Assembly: GCA_964016885.1 (NCBI GenBank)
Contig: OZ024762.1
Coordinates: forward strand, 29,202,001-29,266,000
Reading direction: 5' to 3'
Source: Eledone cirrhosa
Lineage: Eukaryota
DNA length: 64,000 nt
Below are positions 24,301 to 40,700 of this stretch, piece after piece. The translations under genes and the position numbers were made by a program. The notes beneath the pieces are model-generated. The model worked only from the letters and a program-made list of their open reading frames with translations, did not search any database and was not told where the DNA came from. Within the stretch, counting starts at the first letter, position 1. Each line of letters begins with the position of its first letter.

Positions 24301-27300
24301 TTCTATCCTTCTCAGACACAGTTTCTCTCTCAACACATCACATGTCCATACCACCTCAATCTCCTCTCCCGTACACTACGTTCTATCCCTCTCAGACACA
24401 GTTTCTCTCTCTACACATCACATGTCCATACCACCTCAGTCTCCTCTCCCGTACACTACATTCTATCCCTCTCAGACACAGTTTCTCTCTCAACACATCA
24501 CATGTCCATACCACCTCAGTCTCCTGTCCCGTACACTACATTCTATCCTTCTCAGACACAGTTTCTCTCTCAACACATTACATGTCCATACCACCTCAGT
24601 CTCCTCTCCCGTACACTACATTCTATCCCTCTCAGACACAGTTTCTCTCTCAACACATCACATGTCCATACCACCTCAGTCTCCTCTCCCGTACACTACA
24701 TTCTATCCCTCTCGGACACAGTTTCTCTCTCAACACATCACATGTCCATACCACCTCAGTCTCCTGTCCCGTACACTACATTCTATCCTTCTCAGACACA
24801 GTTTCTCTCTCAACACATCACATGTCCATACCACCTCAGTCTCCTCTCCCGTACACTACATTCTATCCCTCTCAGACACAGTTTCTCTCTCAACACATCA
24901 CATGTCCATACCACCTCAGTCTCCTCTCCCGTACACTACATTCTATCCTTCTCAGATACAGTTTCTCTCTCAACACATTACATGTCCATACCACCTCAGT
25001 CTCCTCTGCCGTACACTACATTCTATCCCTCTCAGACACAGTTTCTCTCTCAACACATCACATGTCGATACCACCTCAGTCTCCTCTCCCGTACACTACA
25101 TTCTATCCCTCTCAGACACAGTTTCTCTCTCAACACATCACATGTCCATAACATCGCAGCCTTCTCTCCCACACACCACAACTTATCCCTGTTATACACA
25201 GTTTCACACTCATCACATCACATGTCCATACCATCGCAGCCTTCTCTCCCACACAGCACAACTTATCCCTCTTATACCCAGTTTCTCTCTCAACATATCA
25301 CATGTCCATACCATCTCAGTCTTCTCTCCCACACACTACAACTTATCAATCTGATACCCAGTTTCTCTCTCAACACATCACATGTCCATACCATCTCAGT
25401 CTTCTCTCCCACACACTACAACTTATCCCTCTTATACACAGTTTCTCCCTCAACACATCACATGTCCATACCATCTCAGTCTTCTCTCCCACACACTACA
25501 ACTTATCCCTCTTATACACAGTTTCTCTCTCAACGCATCACCTGTCCATTCCATCTCTGTCTTCTCTCCCACACACCACAACTTATCCCTCTTATACACA
25601 ATTTCTCTCTCAACTCATCACATGTCCATACCATCTCAGTCTTCTCTCCCACACACCACAACTTATCCCTCTTATACACAGTTTCTCTCTCAACACATCA
25701 CATGTCCATAGCATCTCAGTCATCTCTCTCACACACTACGACTTATCCCTCTTATACACAGTTTCTCTCTCAACACATCACATGTCCATTCCATCTCAGT
25801 CTTCTCTCCCACACACCACAACTTATCCCTCTTATACCCAGTTTCTCTCTCAACACATCACATGTCGATACCACCTCAGTCATCTCTCCCACACACCACA
25901 ACTTATCCCTCTTATACACAGTTTCTCTCTCAACTCATCACATGTCCATACCACCTCAGTCTCCTGTCCCGTACACTACATTCTATCCTTCTCAGACACA
26001 GTTTCTCTCTCAACACATCACATGTCCATACCACCTCAATCTCCTCTCCCGTACACTACATTCTATCCCTCTCAGACACAGTTTCTCTCTCTACACATCA
26101 CATGTCCATACCACCTCAGTCTCCTCTCCCGTACACTACATTCTATCCCTCTCAGACACAGTTTCTCTCTCAACACATCACATGTCCATACCACCTCAGT
26201 CTCCTGTCCCGTACACTACATTCTATCCTTCTCAGACACAGTTTCTCTCTCAACACATCACATGTCCATACCACCTCAGTCTCCTCTCCCGTACACTACA
26301 TTCTATCCTTCTCAGACACAGTTTCTCTCTCAACACATCACATGTCCATACCACCTCAATCTCCTCTCCCGTACACTACATTCTATCCCTCTCAGACACA
26401 GTTTCTCTCTCTACACATCACATGTCCATACCACCTCAGTCTCCTCTCCCGTACACTACATTCTATCCCTCTCAGACACAGTTTCTCTCTCAACACATCA
26501 CATGTCCATACCACCTCAGTCTCCTGTCCCGTACACTACATTCTATCCTTCTCAGACACAGTTTCTCTCTCAACACATCACATGTCCATACCACCTCAGT
26601 CTCCTCTCCCGTACACTACATTCTATCCCTCTCAGACACAGTTTCTCTCTCAACACATCACATGTCCATACCACCTCAGTCTCCTCTCCCGTACACTACA
26701 TTCTATCCTTCTCAGATACAGTTTCTCTCTCAACACATTGCATGTCCATACCACCTCAGTCTCCTCTGCCGTACACTACATTCTATCCCTCTCAGACACA
26801 GTTTCTCTCTCAACACATCACATGTCCATACCACCTCAGTCTCCTCTCCCGTACACTACATTCTATCCCTCTCAGACACAGTTTCTCTCTCAACACATCA
26901 CATGTCCATACCACCTCAGTCTTCTCTCCCGTACACTACATTCTATCTCTCTCAGATACAGTTTCTCTCTCAACACATCACATGTCCATACCACCTCAGT
27001 CTCCTCTCCCGTACACTACATTCTATCCTTCTCAGACACAGTTTCTCTCTCAACACATCACATGTCCATACCACCTCAGTCTATTCTCCCGTACACTACA
27101 TTCTATCCCTCTCAGACACAGTTTCTCTCTCAACACATCACATGTCCATACCACCTCAGTCTCCTCTCCCGTACACTACATTCTATCCCTCTCAGACACA
27201 GTTTCTCTCTCAACACATCACATGTCCATACCACCTCAGTCTCCTGTCCCGTACACTACATTCTATCCTTCTCAGACACAGTTTCTCTCTCAACACATCA

Positions 27301-30300
27301 CATGTCCATACCACCTCAGTCTCCTCTCCCGTACACTACATTCTATCCTTCTCAGATACAGTTTCTCTCTCAACACATTACATGTCCATACCACCTCAGT
27401 CTCCTCTGCCGTACACTACATTCTATCCATCTCAGACACAGTTTCTCTCTCAACACATCACATGTCCATACCACCTCAGTCTCCTCTCCCGTACACTACA
27501 TTCTATCCCACTCAGACACAGTTTCTCTCTCAACACATCACATGTCCATACCACCTCAGTCTTCTCTCCCACACACCACAACTTATCCCTGTTATACACA
27601 GTTTCACACTCATCACATCACATGTCCATTCCATCTCAGTCTTCTCTCCCACACACCACAACTTATCCCTCTTATACCCAGTTTCTCTCTCAACACATCA
27701 CATGTCCATACCACCTCAGTCATCTCTCCCACACACCACAACTTATCCCTCTTATACACAGTTTCTCTCTCAACTCATCACATGTCCATACCACCTCAGT
27801 CTCCTGTCCCGTACACTACATTCTATCCTTCTCAGACACAGTTTCTCTCTCAACACATCACATGTCCATACCACCTCAATGTCCTCTCCCGTACACTACG
27901 TTCTATCCCTCTCAGACACAGTTTCTCTCTCAACACATCACATGTCCATACCACCTCAGTCTCCTGTCCCGTAAACTACATTCTATCCTTCTCAGACACA
28001 GTTTCTCTCTCAACACATCACATGTCCATACCACCTCAGTCTCCTCTCCCGTACACTACATTCTATCCCTCTCAGACACAGTTTTTCTCTCAACACATCA
28101 CATGTCCATACCACCTCAGTCTCCTCTCCCGTACACTACATTCTATCCTTCTCAGATACAGTTTCTCTCTCAACACATTACATGTCCATACCACCTCAGT
28201 CTCCTCTGCCGTACACTACATTCTATCCCTCTCAGACACAGTTTCTATCACAACACATCACATGTCCATACCACCTCAGTCTCCTCTCCCGTACACTACA
28301 TTCTATCCCTCTCAGACACAGTTTCTCTCTCAACACATCACATGTCCATACCATCGCAGCCTTCTCTCCCACACACCACAACTTATCCCTGTTATACACA
28401 GTTTCACACTCATCACATCACATGTCCATTCCATCTCAGTCTTCTCTCCCACACACCACAACTTATCCCTCTTATACACAGTTTCTCTCTCAACTCATCA
28501 CATGTCCATACCACCTCAGTCTCCTGTCCCGTACACTACATTCTATCCTTCTCAGACACAGTTTCTCTCTCAACACATCACATGTCCATACCACCTCAAT
28601 CTCCTCTCCCGTACACTACGTTCTATCCCTCTCAGACACAGTTTCTCTCTCTACACATCACATGTCCATACCACCTCAGTCTCCTCTCCCGTACACTACA
28701 TTCTATCCCTCTCAGACACAGTTTCTCTCTCAACACATCACATGTCCATACCACCTCAGTCTCCTGTCCCGTACACTACATTCTATCCTTCTCAGACACA
28801 GTTTCTCTCTCAACACATTACATGTCCATACCACCTCAGTCTCCTCTCCCGTACACTACATTCTATCCCTCTCAGACACAGTTTCTCTCTCAACACATCA
28901 CATGTCCATACCACCTCAGTCTCCTCTCCCGTACACTACATTCTATCCCTCTCGGACACAGTTTCTCTCTCAACACATCACATGTCCATACCACCTCAGT
29001 CTCCTGTCCCGTACACTACATTCTATCCTTCTCAGACACAGTTTCTCTCTCAACACATCACATGTCCATACCACCTCAGTCTCCTCTCCCGTACACTACA
29101 TTCTATCCCTCTCAGACACAGTTTCTCTCTCAACACATCACATGTCCATACCACCTCAGTCTCCTCTCCCGTACACTACATTCTATCCTTCTCAGATACA
29201 GTTTCTCTCTCAACACATTACATGTCCATACCACCTCAGTCTCCTCTGCCGTACACTACATTCTATCCCTCTCAGACACAGTTTCTCTCTCAACACATCA
29301 CATGTCGATACCATCTCAGTCTCCTCTCCCGTACACTACATTCTATCCCTCTCAGACACAGTTTCTCTCTCAACACATCACATGTCCATAACATCGCAGC
29401 CTTCTCTCCCACACACCACAACTTATCCCTGTTATACACAGTTTCACACTCATCACATCACATGTCCATACCATCGCAGCCTTCTCTCCCACACAGCACA
29501 ACTTATCCCTCTTATACCCAGTTTCTCTCTCAACATATCACATGTCCATACCATCTCAGTCTTCTCTCCCACACACTACAACTTATCAATCTGATACCCA
29601 GTTTCTCTCTCAACACATCACATGTCCATACCATCTCAGTCATCTCTCCCACACACCACAACTTATCCCTCTTATACCCAGTTTCTATCTCAACTCATCA
29701 CATGCCTATTCCATCTCAGTCTTCTCTCCCACACACCACAACTTATCCCTCTTATACACAGTTTCTCTCTCAACTCATCACATGTCCATACCATCTCAGT
29801 CTTCTCTCCCACACACTACAACTTATCCCTCTTATACCCAGTTTCTCTCTCAACTCATCACATGTCCATTCCATCTCAGTCTTCTCTCCCACACACCACA
29901 ACTTATCCCTCTTATACACAGTTTCTCTCTCAACACATCACATGTCCAAACCATCTCAGTCTTCTCCCCCACACACTACAACTTATCCCTCTTATACACA
30001 GTTTCTCTATCAACACATCACATGTCCATACCACCTCAGTCTTCTCTCCTGTACACTACAACTTATCCCTCTTATACACAGTTTCTCTCTCAACACATCA
30101 CATGTCCATACCATCTCAGTCTTCTCTCCCACACACTATAACTTATCCCTCTGATACACAGTTTCTCTCTCAACACATCACATGTCCATACCATCTCAGT
30201 CTTCTCTCCCACACACTACAACTTATCCCTCTTATACACAATTTCTCTCTCAACTCATCACATGTCCATACCATCTCAGTCTTCTCTCCCACACACCACA

Positions 30301-31757
30301 ACTTATCCCTCTTATACACAGTTTCTCTCTCAACACATCACATGTCCATAGCATCTCAGTCATCTCTCTCACACACTACGACTTATCCCTCTTATACACA
30401 GTTTCTCTCTCAACACATCACATGTCCATTCCATCTCAGTCTTCTCTCCCACACACCACAACTTATCCCTCTTATACCCAGTTTCTCTCTCAACACATCA
30501 CATGTCGATACCACCTCAGTCATCTCTCCCACACACCACAACTTATCCCTCTTATACACAGTTTCTCTCTCAACTCATCACATGTCCATACCACCTCAGT
30601 CTCCTGTCCCGTACACTACATTCTATCCTTCTCAGACACAGTTTCTCTCTCAACACATCACATGTCCATACCACCTCAATCTCCTCTCCCGTACACTACA
30701 TTCTATCCCTCTCAGACACAGTTTCTCTCTCTACACATCACATGTCCATACCACCTCAGTCTCCTCTCCCGTACACTACATTCTATCCCTCTCAGACACA
30801 GTTTCTCTCTCAACACATCACATGTCCATACCACCTCAGTCTCCTGTCCCGTACACTACATTCTATCCTTCTCAGACACAGTTTCTCTCTCAACACATTA
30901 CATGTCCATACCACCTCAGTCTCCTCTCCCGTACACTACATTCTATCGCTCTCAGACACAGTTTCTCTCTCAACACATCACATGTCCATACCACCTCAGT
31001 CTCCTCTCCCGTACACTACATTCTATCCCTCTCAGACACAGTTTCTCTCTCAACACATCACATGTCCATACCACCTCAGTCTCCTGTCCCGTACACTACA
31101 TTCTATCCTTCTCAGACACAGTTTCTCTCTCAACACATCACATGTCCATACCACCTCAGTCTCCTCTCCCGTACACTACATTCTATCCCTCTCAGACACA
31201 GTTTCTCTCTCAACACATCACATGTCCATACCACCTCAGTCTCCTCTCCCGTACACTACATTCTATCCTTCTCAGATACAGTTTCTCTCTCAACACATTG
31301 CATGTCCATACCACCTCAGTCTCCTCTGCCGTACACTACATTCTATCCCTCTCAGACACAGTTTCTCTCTCAACACATCACATGTCCATATCACCTCAGT
31401 CTCCTCTCCCGTACACTACATTCTATCCCTCTCAGACACAGTTTCTCTCTCAACACATCACATGTCCATACCACCTCAGTCTTCTCTCCCGTACACTACA
31501 TTCTATCTCTCTCAGATACAGTTTCTCTCTCAACACATCACATGTCCATACCACCTCAGTCTCCTCTCCCGTACACTACATTCTATCCTTCTCAGACACA
31601 GTTTCTCTCTCAACACATCACATGTCCATACCACCTCAGTCTATTCTCCCGTACACTACATTCTATCCCTCTCAGACACAGTTTCTCTCTCAACACATCA
31701 CATGTCCATACCACCTCAGTCTCCTCTCCCGTACACTACATTCTATCCCTCTCAGAC
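12376..31757 (+). repeat. 80-bp satellite, type-A-rich homogeneous domain
   Basis: Exact 80-bp phase from 12421 to 31701 (241 monomers, no net indel). Long type A runs alternate with short type B runs. Confidence 0.97.
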
Positions 31758-34700
31758 AGTTTCTCTCTCAACACGTCACATGTCCATACCACCTCAGTCT
31801 CCTCTCCCACACACCACAACTTATCCCTCTTATACACAGTTTCTCTCTCAACACATCACATGTTCATACCATCTCAGTCTCCTCTCCCACACACTACAAC
31901 TTATCCCTCTTATACCCAGTTTCTCTCTCAACTCATCACATGCCTATTCCATCTCAGTCTTCTCTCCCACACACCACAACTTATCCCTCTTATACCCAGT
32001 TTCTATCTCAACTCATCACATGCCTATTCCATCTCAGTCTTCTCTCCCACACACCACAACTTATCCCTCTTATACACAGTTTCTCTCTCAACTCATCACA
32101 TGTCCATACCATCTCAGTCTTCTCTCCCACACACTACAACTTATCCCTCTTATACCCAGTTTCTCTCTCAACTCATCACATGTCCATTCTATCTCAGTCT
32201 TCTCTCCCACACACCACAACTTATCCCTCTTATACACAGTTTCTCTCTCAACACATCACATGTCCAAACCATCTCAGTCTTCTCCCCCACACACTACAAC
32301 TTATCCCTCTTATACACAGTTTCTCTATCAACACATCACATGTCCATACCACCTCAGTCTTCTCTCCTGTACACTACAACTTATCCCTCTTATACACAGT
32401 TTCTCTCTCAACACATCACATGTCCATACCATCTCAGTCTTCTCTCCCACACACTATAACTTATCCCTCTCAGACACAGTTTCTCTCTCAACACATCACA
32501 TGTCCATACCACCTCAGTCTCCTCTCCCGTACACTACATTCTATCCCTCTCAGACAGTTTCTCTCTCAACACGTCACATGTCCATACCACCTCAGTCTCC
32601 TCTCCCACACACCACAACTTATCCCTCTTATACACAGTTTCTCTCTCAACACATCACATGTTCATACCATCTCAGTCTTCTCTCCCACACACTACAACTT
32701 ATCCCTCTTATACACAGTTTCTCTCTCAACACATCACATGTCCATACCACCTCAGTCATCTCTCCCATACACCACAACTTATCCCTCTTATACCTAGTTT
32801 CTCTCTCAACTCATCACATGTCCATTCCATCTCAGTCTTCTCTCCCACACACCATAACTTATCTCTCTGATACACAGTTTCTCTCTCAACTCATCACATG
32901 TCCATACCACCTCAGTCTTCTCTCCCACACACCACAACTTATCCCTCTTATACCCAGTTTCTCTCTCAACTCATCACATGTCCATACCATCTCAGTCTTC
33001 TCTTCCACACACCACAACTTATCCCTCTTATACCCAGTTTCTCTCTCAACTCATCACATGTCCATACCATCTCAGTCTTCTCTCCCACACACTACAACTT
33101 ATCCCTCTTATACACAGTTTCTCTCTCAACACATCACATGTCCATACCACCTCAGTCATCTCTCACACACACCACAACTTATCCCTCTTATACCCAGTTT
33201 CTTTCTCAACACATCACATGTCCATACCACCTCAGTCATCTCTCCCACACACCACAACTTATCCCTCTTATACCCAGTTTCTCTCTCAACTCATCACATG
33301 TCCATACCATCTCAGTCTTCTCTCCCACACACTACAACTTATCCCTCTTATACAGTTTCTCTCTCAACGCATCACATGTCCATACCATCTCAGTGATCTC
33401 TCCCACACACCACAACTTATCCCTCTTATACACAGTTTCTCTCTCAACACATCACATATCCATACCACCTCAGTCTTCTCTCCCACACACCACAACTTAT
33501 CCCTCTTATACACAGTTTCTCTCTCAACACAAAATGTCCATACCATCTCAGTCATCTCTCTCACACACTACGACTTATCCCTCTTATACACAGTTTCTCT
33601 CTCAACTCATCACATGTCCATTCCATCTCAGTCTTCTCTCCCACACACCACAACTTATCCCTCTTATACCCAGTTTCTCTCTCAAAACATCACATGTCCA
33701 TACCACCTCAGTCATCTCTCCCACACACCACAACTTATCCCTCTTATACACAGTTTCTCTCTCAACACAAAATGTCCATACCATCTCAGTCTTCTCTCCC
33801 ACACACCACAACTTATCCCTCTTATACACAGTTTCTCTCTCAACTCATCTCATGTCCATACCATCTCAGTCTTCTCTCCCACACACTACAACTTATCCCT
33901 CTTATACCCAGTTTCTCTCTCAACTCATCACATGTCCATTCCATCTCAGTCTTCTCTCCCACACACCACAACTTATCCCTCTTATACACAGTTTCTCTCT
34001 GAACACATCACATGTCCAAACCATCTCAGTCTTCTCCCCCACACACTACAACTTATCCCTCTTATACACAGTTTCTCTATCAACACATCACATGTCCATA
34101 CCACCTCAGTCTTCTCTCCTGTACACTACAACTTATCCCTCTTATACACAGTTTCTCTCTCAACACATCACATGTCCATTCCATCTCAGTCTTCTCTTCC
34201 ACACACCACAACTTATCCCTCTGATACACAGTTTCTCTCTCAACTCATCACATGTCCATACCACCTCAGTCTTCTCTCCCACACACCACAACTTATCCCT
34301 CTTATACCCAGTTTCTCTCTCAACTCATCACATGTCCATACCATCTCAGTCTTCTCTCCCACACACCACAACTTATCCCTCTTATACCCAGTTTCTCTCT
34401 CAACTCATCACATGTCCATACCATCTCAGTCTTCTCTCCCACACACTACAACTTATCCCTCTTATACACAGTTTCTCTCTCAACACATCACATGTCCATA
34501 CCACCTCAGTCATCTCTCACACACACCACAACTTATCCCTCTTATACCCAGTTTATTTCTCAACATATCACATGTCCATACCACCTCAGTCATCTCTCCC
34601 ACACACCACAACTTATCCCTCTTATACCCAGTTTCTCTCTCAACTCATCACATGTCCATACCATCTCAGTCTTCTCTCCCACACACTACAACTTATCCCT

Positions 34701-37700
34701 CTTATACACAGTTTCTCTCTCAACGCATCACATGTCCATACCAGCTCAGTGATCTCTCCCACACACCACAACTTATCCCTCTTATACACAGTTTCTCTCT
34801 CAACACATCACATATCCATACCACCTCAGTCTTCTCTCCCACACACCACAACTTATCCCTCTTATACACAGTTTCTCTCTCAACACAAAATGTCCATACC
34901 ATCTCAGTCATCTCTCTCACACACTACGACTTATCCCTCTTATACACAGTTTCTCTCTCAACTCATCACATGTCCATTCCATCTCAGTCTTCTCTCCCAC
35001 ACACCACAACTTATCTCTCTTATACCCAGTTTCTCTCTCAACACATCACATGTCCATACCACCTCAGTCATCTCTCCCACACACCACAACTTATCCCTCT
35101 TATACACAGTTTCTCTCTCAACACAAAATGTCCATACCATCTCAGTCATCTCTCTCACACACTACGACTTATCCCTCTTATACACAGTTTCTCTCTCAAC
35201 TCATCACATGTCCATTCCATCTCAGTCTTCTCTCCCACACACCACAACTTATCCCTCTTATACCCAGTTTCTCTCTCAACACATCACATGTGCATACCAT
35301 CTCAATCTTCTCTCCCACACACCACAACTTATCCCTCTTATACACAGTTAATCTCTCAACACATCACATGACCATACCATCTCAATCTTCTCTCCCACAC
35401 ACCACAACTTATCCCTCTTATACACAGTTAATCTCTCAACACATCACATGACCATACCACCTCAGTCATCTCTCTCACACACCACAACTTATCCCTCTTA
35501 TCCCCAGTTTCTCTCTCAACACATCACATGTCCATACCACCTCAGTCTTCTCTCCCACACACCACAACTTATCCCTCTTATACACAGTTTCTCTCTCAAC
35601 ACATCACATGTCCAATCCATCTCAGTCTTCTCTCCCACACACTACAACTTATCCCTCTGATACCCAGTTTCTCTCTCAACACATCACATGTCCATACCAT
35701 CTCAGTCTTCTCTCCCACACACCACAACTTATCCCTCTTATACAGAGTTTCTCTCTCAACACGTCACATGTCCATACCATCTCAGTCTTCTCTCCCACAC
35801 ACCACAACTTATCCCTCTTATACACAGTTTCTCTCTCAACACATCACATGTACATACCATCTTATTCTTCTCTCGCACAAACCACAATTTATCCCTGTTA
35901 TACCCAGTTTCTCTCTCAACTCATCACATGTCCATACCATCGCAGCCTTCTCTCCCACACACCACAACTTATCCCTCTTATACCCAGTTTCTCTCTCAAT
36001 ACATCACATGTCCATACCATCGCAGCCTTCTCTCCCACACACCACAACTTATCCCTGTTACACACAGTTTCACACTCATCACATCACATGTCCATACCAT
36101 CGCAGCTTTCTCTCCCACACACCACAACTTATCCCTCTTATACCCAGTTTCTCTCTCAACATATCACATGTCCATACCATCTCAGTCTTCTCTCCCACAC
36201 ACTACAACTTATCAATCTGATACCCAGTTTCTCTCTCAACACATCACATGTCCATACCATCTCAGTCTTCTCTCCCACACACTACAACTTATCCCTCTTA
36301 TACACAGTTTCTCTCTCAACTCATCACATGTCCATACCACCTCAGTCTCCTGTCCCGTACACTACATTCTATCCTTCTCAGACACAGTTTCTCTCTCAAC
36401 ACATCACATGTCCATACCACCTCAATCTCCTCTCCCGTACACTACATTCTATCCCTCTCAGACACAGTTTCTCTCTCTACACATCACATGTCCATACCAC
36501 CTCAGTCTCCTCTCCCGTACACTACATTCTATCCCTCTCAGACACAGTTTCTCTCTCAACACATCACATGTCCATACCACCTCAGTCTCCTGTCCCGTAC
36601 ACTACATTCTATCCTTCTCAGACACAGTTTCTCTCTCAACTCATCACATGTCCATACCACCTCACTCTCCTGTCCCGTACACTACATTCTATCCCTCTCA
36701 GACACAGTTTCTCTCTCAACACATCACATGTCCATACCACCTCAGTCTCCTCTCCCGTACACTACATTCTATCCCTCTCAGACACAGTTTCTCTCTCAAC
36801 ACATCACATGTCCATACCACCTCAGTCTCCTGTCCCGTACACTACATTCTATCCTTCTCAGACACAGTTTCTCTCTCAACACATCACATGTCCATACCAC
36901 CTCAGTCTCCTCTCCCGTACACTACATTCTATCCCTCTCAGACACAGTTTCTCTCTCAACACATCACATGTCCATACCACCTCAGTCTCCTCTCCCGTAC
37001 ACTACATTCTATCCTTCTCAGATACAGTTTCTCTCTCAACACATTACATGTCCATACCACCTCAGTCTCCTCTGCCGTACACTACATTCTATCCCTCTCA
37101 GACACAGTTTCTCTCTCAACACATCACATGTCCATACCACCTCAGTCTCCTCTCCCGTACACTACATTCTATCCCTCTCAGACACAGTTTCTCTCTCAAC
37201 ACATCACATGTCCATACCACCTCAGTCTTCTCTCCCGTACACTACATTCTATCTCTCTCAGATACAGTTTCTCTCTCAACACATCACATGTCCATACCAC
37301 CTCAGTCTCCTCTCCCGTACACTACATTCTATCCTTCTCAGACACAGTTTCTCTCTCAACACATCACATGTCCATACCACCTCAGTCTATTCTCCCGTAC
37401 ACTACATTCTATCCCTCTCAGACACAGTTTCTCTCTCAACACATCACATGTCCATACCACCTCAGTCTCCTCTCCCGTACACTACATTCTATCCCTCTCA
37501 GACACAGTTTCTCTCTCAACACATCACATGTACATACCACCTCAGTCTCCTCTCCCGTACACTACATTATATCCTTCTCAGACACAGTTTCTCTCTCAAC
37601 ACGTCACATGTCCATACCACCTCAGTCTCCTCTCCCACACACCACAACTTATCCCTCTTATACACAGTTTCTCTCTCAACACATCACATGTTCATACCAT

Positions 37701-40700
37701 CTCAGTCTCCTCTCCCACACACCACAACTTATCCCTCGTATACACAGTTTCTCTCTCAACACGTCACATGTCCATACCATCTCAGTCTTCTCTCCCACAC
37801 ACCACAACTTATCCCTCTTATACACAGTTTCTCTGTCAACACATCACATGTCCATACCATCTCATTCATCTCTCCCACACACCACAACTTATCCCTCTTA
37901 TACCCAGTTTCTATCTCAACTCATCACATGCCTATTCCATCTCAGTCTTCTCTCCCACACACCACAACTTATCCCTCTTATACACAGTTTCTCTCTCAAC
38001 TCATCACATGTCCATATCATCTCAGTCTTCTCTCCCACACACTACAACTTATCCCTCTTATACCCAGTTTCTCTCTCAACTCATCACATGTCCATTCCAT
38101 CTCAGTCTTCTCTCCCACACACCACAACTTATCCCTCTTATACACAGTTTCTCTCTCAACACATCACATGTCCAAACCATCTCAGTCTTCTCCCCCACAC
38201 ACTACAACTTATCCCTCTTATACACAGTTTCTCTATCAACACATCACATGTCCATACCACCTCAGTCTTCTCTCCTGTACACTACAACTTATCCCTCTTA
38301 TACACAGTTTCTCTCTCAACACATCACATGTCCATACCATCTCAGTCTTCTCTCCCACACACTATAACTTATCCCTCTGATACACTGTTTCTCTCTCAAC
38401 ACATCACATGTCCATACCATCTCAGTCTTCTCTCCCACACACTACAACTTATCCCTCTTATACACAGTTTCTCTCTCAACACATCACATGTCCATACCAC
38501 CTCAGTCATCTCTCCCACACACCACAACTTATCCCTCTTATACCTAGTTTCTCTCTCAACTCATCACATGTCCATTCCATCTCAGTCTTCTCTCCCACAC
38601 ACCATAACTTATGCCTCTGATACACAGTTTCTCTCTCAACTCATCACATGTCCATACCACCTCAGTCTTCTCTCCCACACACCACAACTTATCCCTCTTA
38701 TACCCAGTTTCTCTCTCAACTCATCACATGTCCATACCATCTCAGTCTTCTCTCCCACACACTACAACTTATCCCTCTTATACACAGTTTCTCTCTCAAC
38801 GCATCACATGTCCATACCAGCTCAGTGATCTCTCCCACACACCACAACTTATCCCTCTTATACACAGTTTCTCTCTCAACACATCACATATCCATACCAC
38901 CTCAGTCTTCTCTCCCACACACCACAACTTATCCCTCTTATACACAGTTTCTCTCTCAACACAAAATGTCCATACCATCTCAGTCATCTCTCTCACACAC
39001 TACGACTTATCCCTCTTATACACAGTTTCTCTCTCAACTCATCACATGTCCATTCCATCTCAGTCTTCTCTCCCACACACCACAACTTATCCCTCTTATA
39101 CCCAGTTTCTCTCTCAACACATCACATGTCCATACCACCTCAGTCATCTCTCCCACACACCACAACTTATCCCTCTTATACACAGTTTCTCTCTCAACAC
39201 AAAATGTCCATACCATCTCAGTCTTCTCTCCCACACACCACAACTTATCCCTCTGATACACAGTTTCTCTCTCAACTCATCACATGTCCATACCACCTCA
39301 GTCTTCTCTCCCACACACCACAACTTATCCCTCTTATACCCAGTTTCTCTCTCAACTCATCACATGTCCATACCATCTCAGTCTTCTCTCCCACACACCA
39401 CAACTTATCCCTCTTATACCCAGTTTCTCTCTCAACTCATCACATGTCCATACCATCTCAGTCTTCTCTCCCACACACTACAACTTATCCCTCTTATACA
39501 CAGTTTCTCTCTCAACACATCACATGTCCATACCACCTCAGTCATCTCTCACACACACCACAACTTATCCCTCTTATACCCAGTTTATTTCTCAACACAT
39601 CACACGTCCATACCACCTCAGTCATCTCTCCCACACACCACAACTTATCCCTCTTATACCCAGTTTCTCTCTCAACTCATCACATGTCCATACCATCTCA
39701 GTCTTCTCTCCCACACACTACAACTTATCCCTCTTATACACAGTTTCTCTCTCAACGCATCACATGTCCATACCAGCTCAGTGATCTCTCCCACACACCA
39801 CAACTTATCCCTCTTATACACAGTTTCTCTCTCAACACATCACATATCCATACCACCTCAGTCTTCTCTCCCACACACCACAACTTATCCCTCTTATACA
39901 CAGTTTCTCTCTCAACACAAAATGTCCATACCATCTCAGTCATCTCTCTCACACACTACGACTTATCCCTCTTATACACAGTTTCTCTCTCAACTCATCA
40001 CATGTCCATTCCATCTCAGTCTTCTCTCCCACACACCACAACTTATCTCTCTTATACCCAGTTTCTCTCTCAACACATCACATGTCCATACCACCTCAGT
40101 CATCTCTCCCACACACCACAACTTATCCCTCTTATACACAGTTTCTCTCTCAACACAAAATGTCCATACCATCTCAGTCATCTCTCTCACACACTACGAC
40201 TTATCCCTCTTATACACAGTTTCTCTCTCAACTCATCACATGTCCATTCCATCTCAGTCTTCTCTCCCACACACCACAACTTATCCCTCTTATACCCAGT
40301 TTCTCTCTCAACACATCACATGTGCATACCATCTCAATCTTCTCTCCCACACACCACAACTTATCCCTCTTATACACAGTTAATCTCTCAACACATCACA
40401 TGACCATACCATCTCAATCTTCTCTCCCACACACCACAACTTATCCCTCTTATACACAGTTAATCTCTCAACACATCACATGACCATACCACCTCAGTCA
40501 TCTCTCTCACACACCACAACTTATCCCTCTTATCCCCAGTTTCTCTCTCAACACATCACATGTCCATACCACCTCAGTCTTCTCTCCCACACACCACAAC
40601 TTATCCCTCTTATACACAGTTTCTCTCTCAACACATCACATGTCCATTCCATCTCAGTCTTCTCTCCCACACACTACAACTTATCCCTCTGATACCCAGT

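Noticed and set aside
12582-25151. 4,189-aa ORF and all other MSIPPQS.../MSIPSQS... ORFs as mucin-like genes
   Set aside because: They are translations of the 80-bp satellite. The same peptide appears in all three frames, the unit is not a multiple of 3, and indels and stops are scattered without regard to frame.
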